DNA of 61,609 bases, counting the filler. It is 6 parts of 6 records of this genome, joined end to end, with 100 filler letters (N's around TTAATTAATTAA, not from the genome) between each part and the next. Parts side by side here need not be neighbours in the genome. Positions count along the whole stretch, not along the records: positions 1 to 5,355 come from DRR723986_15172; positions 5,456 to 24,292 come from DRR723986_15173; 4 more parts are not named here. One strand, 5' to 3'. A program made the position numbers and the translations under genes. Every line of letters begins with the position of its first letter. The first letter of the stretch is position 1. Of this stretch, positions 1-9,406 are shown in pieces. The notes beneath the pieces are model-generated. The model searched no databases. It was given only the letters and a program-made list of their open reading frames with translations, and was not told where the DNA came from.

Positions 1-175
1 TGCCGGCTTCAGCCGGCCAATTGCTGACACGCGCGGCATGACAATTCCGCCTAAAGGCGGTACAACGAACGCACACAAATTACGAGTTTGTAGTACCAGC
101 TTTAGCTGGCGGTTCCCTCACGCTCCCGCATAACTTGCCCGGCATCACGTTCCGCCTAATGGCGGTACTACGAAC
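1..175. repeat. Cluster of four GTAG-type REP-like palindromes in alternating orientation (BIME-like)
   Basis: Units: 1-16 TGCCGGCTTCAGCCGG (truncated); 47-70 CCGCCTAAAGGCGGTACAACGAAC; 86-109 GTTTGTAGTACCAGCTTTAGCTGG; 152-175 CCGCCTAATGGCGGTACTACGAAC. The consensus is GTAGTA followed by a short palindrome. Confidence 0.75.
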
Positions 176-374
176 GCAGGTTGGCCCCAAGTGCGGGCGA
201 GGCATGTGTTAGCCACGTCATCGAAGATGTGCAATGGTCTGTAATGGTTTGTTCGCGTAGAACCAAAGCCCTACCGGGGATACAATGGACGGCGAGTGGT
301 AATTCGTAGCCGGTGTGCTGACTATCTGCGGTGTTCATAGCACGTCGCCATGGGGCAGCCTTAAGGGACTTTAG

Positions 375-827
375 ATGATGCGCGAGTGGTTGGTCGTTGC
401 TCTGGGGGGAGCGCTGGGGGCGAGCTTGCGGCATGGGATCTCTGTTATCGCCGCTGTCACTGGAATGCAGTGGTCGCCAGCAGCTACGCTGATTGCCAAC
501 GTTGTCGGCTGCCTAGCCATGGGCATCGTCTATGGCTGGTCGACGCAAATCGATTCGCACAATCACTGGCTGACAATCGGCATCCGTGTCGGGCTGCTTG
601 GAGGTTTGACAACGTTCAGCAGTTTCGCGCTTGATCTGGTGAAAGCCTATTTCGACGGTCGACACCTCGAATCACTAGGGCTGCTGTTCGCTCACTGCCT
701 TCTCGGATTTGCTGCCGTCATGATCGGCGTCTACGTTGTTGGTGGAACGCAGAAATCACGCCCACTGCAGGAGCAGGATCAGACCAGCAATGTCGAGGTT
801 GCTAGTGGGGCATCCAATCTGAATTGA
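375..827 (+). CDS. crcB: Fluoride efflux channel FluC/CrcB
   Basis: GGALGASLR, TLIANVVGC and GLLGGLTTFSSF motifs; four hydrophobic segments. The start may be 378. Confidence 0.93.
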   Translation: MMREWLVVALGGALGASLRHGISVIAAVTGMQWSPAATLIANVVGCLAMGIVYGWSTQIDSHNHWLTIGIRVGLLGGLTTFSSFALDLVKAYFDGRHLESLGLLFAHCLLGFAAVMIGVYVVGGTQKSRPLQEQDQTSNVEVASGASNLN

Positions 828-1047
828 CTGGCTGGAGTATGCCTGTAGTGGCTTCTCTTCTACGAGGAGAACGCCATGGGCATGGACGCCGCGACAGCGT
901 GGCAAATCAATTTCTGAAGCTGGGCGATTCGCTCGATTCTCCGAGTCGTTTGCGCGGGGCGGCTCGAAGAGCCGCGCGACAATCCCAGTCGCCCTAAATT
1001 CTCACAAGTGCTTCATCTTAAGAGGCCTCTGAACCAGCGGAGCCGCA

Positions 1048-2367
1048 CTACGACTTTGTGATTGAGTCTCTCAGGCTGAGAGCCAGGCGATGAGCTTCCA
1101 ACCAGGTAGCGAGGGCAGATTGTTGATGTCGATCGCTTGAAGCGTTGAGGGCAGGTTGGCTTGAGTGCGCCGGAAAGGGAGAATTGTGTTGGTTAAGAGT
1201 AGCGGATTCCAGATTGTGGGGGACGCCCAGTGCTGGATGGTGGGTTGCACCCACCCTACGAGTTGCGGCGATGGTTTGACCAGTTGTGTCGGAGTTAGGC
1301 GGTGATGGTGTGTGGGATTTGACTGGAGCAAGGTTGCTGCGGGGCATGTCGAGCTTGTTCTTCTTCTTGCTGCAAAGATCACAACTGCCACGTTCCCCTG
1401 TCACGATAATCTCGAGTCCAGGGCCGGCTGGATGGCCGCTTTCTGATCCACGCCAAGAAAAATCGACGTCAATCCCACCGGATAACAGCAAACTGCTCCG
1501 CAACCAAGCATCGCTTTCGCCCGACACTGAACTAATCCTTACTGCGGCAGTCTCACTGGATCGAATCGGCTCCGGTGTAATGGGATGATTGGAGCTGCGT
1601 TCCGCCGCACTGGCAAGACTTAGTAGTAAGTGGAATGTATTGATCGTATCACGCAGAAACGCACCACCACTTAAGCATGTCTCCGCGTGCCAATTGCGAA
1701 GCGACGCCTCATAAGGCGACCAATCTCGATGCGCACGAATCTTCGGATCCGAATGCGAGCGGCAAATTACTTGAATGCTCTCAATGTGACCCAGTGCACC
1801 GGTGGCGAGGGCTTGCATTCGCTGTTGCACGTTTGCTGGCCAGCTCATTGCCGGGACAACGCTCGGGCCAAGTTGCCTGGCGACGTCAAATGATGAAAGC
1901 TGATTGAGGTCGGTCGCAAATGGGGCGAGTACCGTGGTTTGCAAACCGCGATGCAATGCCTTGTGCGCAATGTCCGCTCTAAACGACGGCGGGCCTGCGA
2001 TCACGACGTGGTCTACAGTCTTGCTGTCGAGCAGCTTTAAAGATGCGGAAGTCCCCTGAAATCGCTGATCTGGATGTACGTCTACTTGATTCGGGGTGCT
2101 TCCTTTTAGGCTACGGAACATCTGCTGAAGGACATCAGGAAATGGCGAAGCGATAGCTGTCAGTTTTGCGGCCGGATGTTCTCGCAGGAGGGCTTCTGAT
2201 GCCTTCACCGCGTGTTTATCGTCGCCGATAAGACCGATCCGATGCGTCGTCGTCGATGCCGCTTCGACGGTATGGGGGACAGCTCCAGCGAGCAGCAGCG
2301 ATGAACTGCGAAGAAATCCACGGCGGTTGGCAGGCAGACGCTCTTCCGAAGTTCTCTTTTCCGCCAC
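1048..2367 (-). CDS. Tat-exported Gfo/Idh/MocA-like oxidoreductase, divergent
   Basis: N-terminal RRGFL twin-arginine signal, Rossmann-like RIGLIG, DHVVIAGPPSFR, and the RNW...LSGG motif. Confidence 0.65.
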   Translation of the reverse strand: MAEKRTSEERLPANRRGFLRSSSLLLAGAVPHTVEAASTTTHRIGLIGDDKHAVKASEALLREHPAAKLTAIASPFPDVLQQMFRSLKGSTPNQVDVHPDQRFQGTSASLKLLDSKTVDHVVIAGPPSFRADIAHKALHRGLQTTVLAPFATDLNQLSSFDVARQLGPSVVPAMSWPANVQQRMQALATGALGHIESIQVICRSHSDPKIRAHRDWSPYEASLRNWHAETCLSGGAFLRDTINTFHLLLSLASAAERSSNHPITPEPIRSSETAAVRISSVSGESDAWLRSSLLLSGGIDVDFSWRGSESGHPAGPGLEIIVTGERGSCDLCSKKKNKLDMPRSNLAPVKSHTPSPPNSDTTGQTIAATRRVGATHHPALGVPHNLESATLNQHNSPFPAHSSQPALNASSDRHQQSALATWLEAHRLALSLRDSITKS

Positions 2368-2801
2368 GATGGAGTTCCGTAAGGCTGAACTGTGGAGCTA
2401 GGTTGGAAGGGCCTCAATCGAGGCGCAGGATTTCTAACAGGAGGAAGGCGACGCGTGCGAACAACGTTCGCCGGGCGAGGAGTGCCCAGCAGTTTTCGAT
2501 AAGAATAGTATGCACTTACTGTTCAGCCAGTGTTGTCCTCACGCGTCGGCATGATCGGTTGGCGGGGTGGCAATTAATCTGGTTAAGGTCGAAAAGTAAA
2601 TTGCATTGCATGTCGTTTTCTCCTTCGGGCAACTGCCAGACCTTGGGAAGAAAAGTGGGCGCTGTCGCAATGCGAGACCTTAAGTGCTAAACAGTGGAAC
2701 TGAGTTTACCGCTAACTGAAGATTATTCAAGCGCAAACGGTAAGTGAAAGCCAGAGTCACCGCCAATCGGGGGCCCTGGCGGATTCGCTCTTCCGGAGTG
2801 C

Positions 2802-3638
2802 TTACTCTTTGGTTTCCGGCGTTTGCTTGAGTTCCTTGATTCGCACGTTCTTCCAGCGAACCTTACCCTTCTGGCCTTTGTGGATTTGCAGCCCGAAGAA
2901 TCCCTCCGCGTAAGTGCCATCATCTTTCCAGTGCGCACAAGGGACGCCGTTGATCCAAGTACGGACTGTGTTGCCCTTGGCCTTGATAGTCAAACGATTC
3001 CAGTCGTCTCGCTTCAGCGCCGCGCGTGCTTCTTCGTGTCCCGTCAACCAAAGCGGGTAGAAATAGCCACCACAGCTTTGGCCATAGATGCCGCCGGACC
3101 AATACCGATCACCGGAAATGCCCTCCATCTCGGCTTGAGGACCAAAGACGGTATCTTTATCGCCGTCGGACTTCACTTGTGCTCGGAACATAACACCTGA
3201 GTTGCCGTCCTCTTCCCACTTCATATCACAGGTAAAGATGAAATCCTTGTAGTCGGCCTTAGAGGTGCTCAGATATGTGCTTGGCTCTCCAGGGACACAA
3301 GTACCGATGACTTCTCCGTCGCTGACTTCAAACTTGCATTTGCCGCCGCGGGGGACCCACCCCGTCAGATCTTTCCCGTTGAACATCGGCTTGAACCCTT
3401 TAGATGTATTGGGTTCTTTGGCCGTGTTGAAGAGCATGTCCTTCGGCTTTGGGATGTTCTCTTGCTTCTTGTATTTCTCGTACCAAGCGCTCTGCTGCGG
3501 GGCAATTGTCTTTTTGCCCTTAACGACCTTTGCCTCCTTGTCTGCAGGCTCGTCGGCATTTGCTTTGCCAGCGGGCAGGGTCGACGCGAAAATAGCCGAG
3601 ATGATTAACAACGATAGGAGCGATTTTGTTCGATACAT
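2802..3638 (-). CDS. DUF1080 (3-keto-disaccharide hydrolase-like) secreted protein
   Basis: Signal peptide; FNGKDLTGW, GNSGVMFR, DWNRLTI and GFFGLQIH...VRWKNVRIKEL motifs. Confidence 0.9.
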   Translation of the reverse strand: MYRTKSLLSLLIISAIFASTLPAGKANADEPADKEAKVVKGKKTIAPQQSAWYEKYKKQENIPKPKDMLFNTAKEPNTSKGFKPMFNGKDLTGWVPRGGKCKFEVSDGEVIGTCVPGEPSTYLSTSKADYKDFIFTCDMKWEEDGNSGVMFRAQVKSDGDKDTVFGPQAEMEGISGDRYWSGGIYGQSCGGYFYPLWLTGHEEARAALKRDDWNRLTIKAKGNTVRTWINGVPCAHWKDDGTYAEGFFGLQIHKGQKGKVRWKNVRIKELKQTPETKE

Positions 3639-3855
3639 TCTGTTCGCCTTATTTGATTGATCAGATTGTTATCCAGACGCGCCGACGCAGTCCCAGCCGA
3701 GCGACGACGTTAGCGAAAACCATTTTCCAATGGTCGCGATACGATGCAGGCGTCTGTTAATGAAGCGATGCTAACGCTCCAGACAGAGCGTTGCATCATG
3801 CTGTGACAAGGTGCCGTTCGGTACCAATTAGCCTAGCTTCTACGGACCACCAATG

Positions 3856-4137
3856 CTACTCGTCGTCGTCAGCAGGTGGAGGCGTGAACTTAGGAGTCGT
3901 TGGCTGCTTGCGCTGCGGCTTGTCTTCTTCAGGAGGCGAGTAAGTTAGATTTTGCGTAGCTGAATCATCGACTTTATCCCAGTCGCGAAATTCACGCTGG
4001 AAATCGTCGACCTTCTTTCGCATGTCTCGGTAGGTGCCTCCAAACTTCCGAGCCATTTCCGGTAGACGGCTGCCGAAGAGCATCAAAGCGAGTACTCCCA
4101 GCAGGACCATCTCCTGTGTGCCAAAACCGCTGAACAT
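3856..4137 (-). CDS. TatA/TatB-family twin-arginine translocase subunit
   Basis: N-terminal TM helix, FGSRLPEMAR hinge, amphipathic helix and acidic tail; lies next to tatA. Confidence 0.8.
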   Translation of the reverse strand: MFSGFGTQEMVLLGVLALMLFGSRLPEMARKFGGTYRDMRKKVDDFQREFRDWDKVDDSATQNLTYSPPEEDKPQRKQPTTPKFTPPPADDDE

Positions 4138-4283
4138 TCGGCTGTCTCTCGAGATTGGTTACAAAGTAACTGTAGGGTCAAAGGGGCGCAGAAGCCTGTG
4201 CAGCAGAGTAGCCTCGCCGACGAATTGACTTGGAAACGCAAATCGGACGGGAGAGACTAAACGAACCGCAACAGGGGAGACTT

Positions 4284-4481
4284 CTAGGCCTTGTCCTCTT
4301 CAGAAGAGACGTCTTCGCTAGTTCCTTCACTGCGATCCGCAACGGGGTCTTTAAGCCCGGCCTTGAATTCGTTCGCGCTTCGGCCGAGATTTCGCATCAA
4401 GCTTGGCAGGCGTGTTCCGCCGAAGATTACCAGCACGATGACCATGAAAATTAGAAGCTCTTGGTAGCCCAATCCAAACAT
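4284..4481 (-). CDS. tatA: Twin-arginine translocase subunit TatA
   Basis: MFGLGYQELLIFMVIVLVIFGGTRLPSLMRNLGRSANEFKAG is a canonical TatA/E sequence. Confidence 0.92.
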   Translation of the reverse strand: MFGLGYQELLIFMVIVLVIFGGTRLPSLMRNLGRSANEFKAGLKDPVADRSEGTSEDVSSEEDKA

Positions 4482-4753
4482 TGCAACCTGGTCTCACAAT
4501 TCGAGTTTCCGCGCGAGAGTTCGTTATCTACGTCTCACGCAGTGTCGAAGGTTGGCGAAAGCGGCTAAGTCTCAATTCAACGTGAACGGACTACCGGACC
4601 AAGCCTCGTCGGTTTTACTGTCGTTTCAGTATATTCTAAAACCGCGGCCATGGGTGTCAAACCGGCTTCGCAACAAGTCGAATTGTTGGTTCCGTGACGA
4701 CGACTTCGCCGTTTGCACAGTACAGCGAGTTTGGCTGCTGAAGATAGCGCATC

Positions 4754-4784
4754 AAAAAAGGCGGGCGCGAGGCCCACCTTCTTT
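4754..4784 (-). terminator. Probable intrinsic terminator
   Basis: AAGGCGGGC/GCCCACCTT stem (G-U pair on the minus strand) with an A6 run, 40 bp past the stop at 4824. Confidence 0.6.
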
Positions 4785-4823
4785 GGTCGTTTAGAATTAA
4801 CCGATCTTCATTCCCGTCGGCGA

Positions 4824-5354
4824 CTATTTGTCGTCGGACGACTGCGAAGCCTGAGTTTCGAGTTGCGAGGAATCTTGCTTCTCGGCTTCTTCCTGCTCTT
4901 GATAGCCGGAAGACTCTTCTTGCGATGCCATGTATCGCTCGTACTCAACTGCGATACGCGTTGAGATATTTCGAGCGCTGACCAACTCGACTTGGTTGAA
5001 GAAGCGAACGTTCCCGGTGTACCGCGATTCGACACGATTCTTGTGAGACAGTTCCTGCCAGGTCAGGCCGTTGGCCATGTGCCAAGCTGCAGCTTGTGCA
5101 GTGTTCTGTTGAAGCTTGCCGTGCCCCAGAAGCTCGCAAAGCTTGGCAACCTTTGGGTCTTGGTTGATGGCAGTGATCGGAACGATCTTGTACTTCATGC
5201 GTGGGTTTGGATCTTTCTTACCGTGCTCAAGGCAGACAGTTGGGACTTTCAGCTTGGCTGCTTTATCAGGTGCAACGCGGAACATGCCACCGCCCATTCC
5301 ACCGCCGCCCATGCCGCCCATTCCACCGCCCATGCCGCCCATGCCGCCGCCCAT
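4824..5354 (-). CDS. Hypothetical protein with Gly/Met-rich tract, 5' truncated by contig end
   Basis: GGMGG repeats, then VPTVCLEHGKKDP and AQAAAWH motifs recalled from conserved planctomycete hypotheticals. The contig breaks inside the low-complexity tract. Confidence 0.8.
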   Translation of the reverse strand: MGGGMGGMGGGMGGMGGGGMGGGMFRVAPDKAAKLKVPTVCLEHGKKDPNPRMKYKIVPITAINQDPKVAKLCELLGHGKLQQNTAQAAAWHMANGLTWQELSHKNRVESRYTGNVRFFNQVELVSARNISTRIAVEYERYMASQEESSGYQEQEEAEKQDSSQLETQASQSSDDK

Positions 5355-5355
5355 A

Positions 5356-5455
5356 NNNNNNNNNNNNNNNNNNNNNNNNNNNNNNNNNNNNNNNNNNNNT
5401 TAATTAATTAANNNNNNNNNNNNNNNNNNNNNNNNNNNNNNNNNNNNNNNNNNNN
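5356..5455. other. Artificial contig linker
   Basis: 44 N + TTAATTAATTAA (stops in all six frames) + 44 N. Confidence 0.99.
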
Positions 5456-5884
5456 GTGTTTGGTCGCTTCCTGGAATTTCTTGAGGTAGTTGACCGTAGT
5501 GCGGTAATTCTCGATCGTATTTGGTCTGCGCTTGGATATTGCGCTTTGAATGAATTCTTCTAAGTGCTCAAAGAACGAAGCGTTGCGGGATTGATTACGC
5601 TGCAGTTCTTCGCGGATGAGTTGCGTTGTTGGTGTTTTGTGTCTGAGGCGCATTTCGCGATAGATGCGACGGACGCGATCTTCGAGTTCATCGATGCGCA
5701 AGTTGATTTCGGCGCTGCCTTTCATTGTTTTCTTGACGCGACGACGGTTTGGATCCCAATTGCGGGCCTGGATCTTTTCGCCGGTTGAAAGGCGCAGGCG
5801 TTTGTTGTCGAAGGTGGCATCGAGCATGATGTATTGCAGACCGCCCTCGTAGACCTTGTTGTCAAGTCTGAATCGTACGTTCAT
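5456..5884 (-). CDS. Phage-type tyrosine integrase, N-terminal part (arm-binding and SAM-like domains), 3' truncated
   Basis: RLRLSTGEKIQARNWD is typical of the Bacteroidota Arm-DNA-binding domain; FFEHLEEFI...NTIENYRTTVNYLKKF is SAM-like. Likely start is the ATG at 5884. Confidence 0.85.
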
Positions 5885-6660
5885 GATTAAGCGCTTGTGG
5901 AGAAGCGTTAAAGAGGTTGCCGGGAGGGATGACAACAAGATTGCACAATTCTCATCACTGACAATATTACTGACAGAAATCGAGGTGCAACCGCGAGATG
6001 TGAAATTCGGCAAGCAAAGTAGTGCTCACAGAAAGTCAGTATTATCAACGCTTAGCGATCAATTAGGTTTGGTGAGCTTCGCTAAGGTTCAGCCGGGATA
6101 ACTCCACGCAGGAGTGCGTTCATTTGTTAAGTACTATCCGTTTAACTGTTAATACCGCCCACTCAGCCGAACAAATAGCCCGTTTAGCTCACATCACCCC
6201 ATGCTGCATCTGCAGCGCCGAATCAAAAATCGGCGAGAGGGAGTTACATTCAAACAAACTCTATGCCGGCAAGAACAGATCATTCTTTTTCGACTCCAAA
6301 CCACTGACCTTACCAGGTGCATAGAGCTAAAACTGCTGTTGAGCCCAACACTTGTATCGAACTCAGAACCCGCGACTCGATTCTTTGAACACATACAACA
6401 TCCGTTTCCGCTGCTTGGGCCATCTTGCTGCTTGCTTCGATTGCCAATTATGATTCTCCAGATGTGACCGGAGCTCAAAGGTCATTGCCACCAGGCTGAC
6501 TTGTTTGGGCCTCGTGTAACTGCCGCTGGAGTGACAAGACTTCAATCCCGTGTTCAAAGACTTTCACTCAGCCTTGGGTGCCATTCGCGGGCCGCTTCAG
6601 GAATTTGAACGGAAAGACAAATGCTTAGAACGGCCCTAAATTGGTGGTTTAGGAACAATA

Positions 6661-6853
6661 ACTATAACGATGCGCAGTCCTTAGCCGTCAGACTGAACCA
6701 GCGCTCTAAGCGAGAAAATAACGAGCGATACGAGTTGAAATTGAATGTTTACATGCCGAATAAATCATAAGGGCTTTCCGCAATGATTTATTTGCATAAA
6801 TTCATAGTGGCTTAACGCCACTGCGCTAGTAACACAGAACGTTAGGTGCAATT
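6661..6853. other. attC-like palindromic recombination site
   Basis: ACTATAAC...GCGCAGT on the left, inner hairpin AATAAATCAT/ATGATTTATT, and ACTGCGC...AACGTTAGGTGCAAT on the right (GTTRRRY core at 6841-6847). Confidence 0.5.
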
Positions 6854-6925
6854 TAACAGCAACGCCTCTAACACTTTCAAATAGCTCTTATCGATATATT
6901 AACGCTCTCTCAAAAGGCAAGAATT

Positions 6926-8770
6926 ATGGAAGCAAGCAAAACACTAAAATATGTTAAAGATATATTAGGAAACATGCCTGCTGACTGGCTGAATTTAACA
7001 ACTCACCGACTTGATATTTATAATGAGGCATTGGCTAAAAGTCAATTCTTGTCACATTTTGAAAAATTATACATCGACAACAATAGCAACTCATCTGCAC
7101 TAAACGAATTGCCCACTGCTTACGACTACATCCGCTTAGGTCACCCATTGTCCTCTGTATTAGAGTGGACAGTTGCTAAATTACACAATCTAAAAGCTGA
7201 AAATGTAATCAGTTTCTCGTCAAAGACGATGCCCATTTTAGCAGTGCTAAGAAAAAACTTATTGGATGGTAAAAACACCCAAATCTTCTATACAGGTGAG
7301 TTACCCGAACTTTTTGACGCTGATGTAGTACAGCACATTTATGCTTATAACTTTGACCTAAAACAAGTTGAAGATGCATCAGCCATTCCTGCGCTTGATG
7401 GCAGCAGCATTTTTATTTCACAACAGAATGACATTGGCAGTTTTAATCTCATCCCAAATATTGACTTTTTCATCGGTCTTTATGCAGACCTTGGTAGTGT
7501 CATAGCAATAAATGGGCCACAAAATGAACCCTATGTCTCAGAGATTCAGCATGTGAGGCGCAGAGAGACGATTGCAATGACGCCGGCTAACTCGCTTGTT
7601 GCCTTGCAACAGTTAACAGGAATGTCGGCAACAGCTGCTAAGCCACCTAATGTCGAGACCAACAAAACACTTGTCCTGGATGCTATAAGCGAAATCACCG
7701 GCTCAAATGTAAAGGCCCTTGTAGCTTCAAGCGGGCTTTCGATGCAATATTCGATTGTCATGGGTCTCATTCACGATGCCCTAACGAATCATGCCGGCAA
7801 GGCGATTAAAATTGTAGTTCCTACCAATTGTTATGGGGGAACCAATGACCAGGCAAGACGGGTTGCTGCCAGTATTAAAAATGTTGGGGTTGTGGACCTG
7901 GCAGTTGACGGTGACAATGATATGGTTCAAAGTATTGATCTTGTTTTAGACAACATTGCAAAGCAGGATGCAGTCCCGTTCATCATCGCTGAAATTCCGA
8001 CCAATCCCAGAGTTGAAGTTCCGGATCTTATTAAACTACAAGAGGTTTTAACTAAAGTACGTAAAACTCCAACGGGTGAACCTGCGATCGATCCTGTTTT
8101 TATTTTGGATCAAACATTCTGTCCCAACGTTCACTTTTTAGGGGAAGGTGAAATACTCTCAACAGTGAGAACCATTGCCTATGTGAGCGGATCCAAATTC
8201 CCAAGCGGGGGGAAATGTACTGCCGGCTATTGTGTTGCCAATAAAAGAGCAGCCGGCTTGATGGAAAAAATAGCCTTGCACCTGAGGCTGTGCGATAATG
8301 AGGCTACCGATCTTCAGCTGGAAATATTGGCAAAACAACTGCCCTCCATGAATCAAAGAATTCAGGATGCTTATCAGAATACACGAGAGTTTGTAGACTT
8401 TATCAAAGCGACTTTGCCCGGGGCAAAAATAAATTTCGTTTCGGAGGCTTTAGCTGCACAAGGTTTTACCCCATCCGTGTTTTCATTGGATCTTCCCACT
8501 CAAGGGAATACCGACGAAGAAAGAGAATCGTATAAAAGAGCCTTGAACCATAAGTTGATCAGTTTAATGATTAAAGAAATCCCAAATGAAAGCAAACACT
8601 GTGTTAGCTATGGGCAGTTAAGAGGATGCTATTGGACGATACCTGCCACATCCACTCAAGGGACAACCAAAGAAGGTGACAAGGATTATATCGTCCGTGT
8701 AGCACTTGCACCCGATATGAACCTTGAACTTCACAAGAAAGTCTTTTTAGATTTTGTTGAAAGTATTTAA
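6926..8770 (+). CDS. Cys/Met-metabolism PLP-dependent enzyme (cystathionine gamma-synthase/lyase-like) with N-terminal extension
   Basis: SSGLS, CYGGT, AEIPTNP, ILDQTF and SGSKFPSGG (PLP lysine) motifs; YDYIRLGHP near the N-terminus. Confidence 0.85.
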   Translation: MEASKTLKYVKDILGNMPADWLNLTTHRLDIYNEALAKSQFLSHFEKLYIDNNSNSSALNELPTAYDYIRLGHPLSSVLEWTVAKLHNLKAENVISFSSKTMPILAVLRKNLLDGKNTQIFYTGELPELFDADVVQHIYAYNFDLKQVEDASAIPALDGSSIFISQQNDIGSFNLIPNIDFFIGLYADLGSVIAINGPQNEPYVSEIQHVRRRETIAMTPANSLVALQQLTGMSATAAKPPNVETNKTLVLDAISEITGSNVKALVASSGLSMQYSIVMGLIHDALTNHAGKAIKIVVPTNCYGGTNDQARRVAASIKNVGVVDLAVDGDNDMVQSIDLVLDNIAKQDAVPFIIAEIPTNPRVEVPDLIKLQEVLTKVRKTPTGEPAIDPVFILDQTFCPNVHFLGEGEILSTVRTIAYVSGSKFPSGGKCTAGYCVANKRAAGLMEKIALHLRLCDNEATDLQLEILAKQLPSMNQRIQDAYQNTREFVDFIKATLPGAKINFVSEALAAQGFTPSVFSLDLPTQGNTDEERESYKRALNHKLISLMIKEIPNESKHCVSYGQLRGCYWTIPATSTQGTTKEGDKDYIVRVALAPDMNLELHKKVFLDFVESI

Positions 8771-8826
8771 AGCACCGGCGGCAATTAAACAACAGCGCCT
8801 GACAAAGATCATATCATTCATGTCGG

Positions 8827-9132
8827 TTAAACACCGCCATGCCGCAGGCACGGACAGCCCTGCGCGACCAGATAGTGAACAGCCGAGTGTTGACTCTCAG
8901 TATTGTAAAACTCAATTAAGCTCACAATCTGTTTCCGTACATCCTGAAGATAGAGCTGGCATTGCTGCTGAACGGCTATGAGTTTAAGCGCTCCATGGTG
9001 ACCATCTAGCTTGCCTTTCGTTTGCGGATACACGCGGGAAGTGCGCATCTGCGTGCAGGTTAGATAGTTGATTAATTCCTTCTTCTTGAAAGGCCGCCGA
9101 CTAACTCGACTCACTCTCTGGTGCCTTCGCAA
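8827..9132 (-). pseudogene. Degraded DDE transposase fragment (IS3/IS481-type integrase core C-terminus)
   Basis: RTSRVYPQTKGKLDGHHGALK...IEFYNTESQHSAVHY is a decayed match to PQxNGKxERxHRTLK...YNxxRxHSAIGY; the catalytic Glu is altered and the N-terminus is missing. Confidence 0.75.
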
Positions 9133-9406
9133 GGTCTGTTTGCATTTGTCAGCTTGGACTTAACCCAACACGCATTACTACGAGGCAGACTTAAGTTTTT
9201 TTTTGCTGATGGGGTTGCGCTAGACTCAAAGACTTCGGACTTTGGACGCGTTTATTAACAAAAGAATCAAAAAGCCTGAGACCGCCGACAAACCGGAGGT
9301 GAAGGCAAGGGCTCAAAGCGTTCTTAAATAGGCTCACGACCAAAGGGATCGACTAAAATTCAAAGTGCAGTTAGCACCTACAATTAAACAAAACAAAGAA
9401 TTGGCT

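Noticed and set aside
180-374. Fluoride riboswitch upstream of crcB
   Set aside because: There is only a loose resemblance near 291-330. The GGNGATGGNGTTCNCC...GCTRATGAC consensus is not present, so an Rfam search would be needed.
5400-5411. Repeated TTAATTAATTAA palindrome and ORFs containing X runs
   Set aside because: Artificial linker sequence.
6060-6130. tRNA gene beside the integrase
   Set aside because: Only an 8-bp 3'-end-like match; no T-loop GTTCGA and no cloverleaf.
6124-6620. Short ORFs or a possible pseudogene between the integrase and the cassette
   Set aside because: Overlapping short ORFs on both strands with no recognisable motif.
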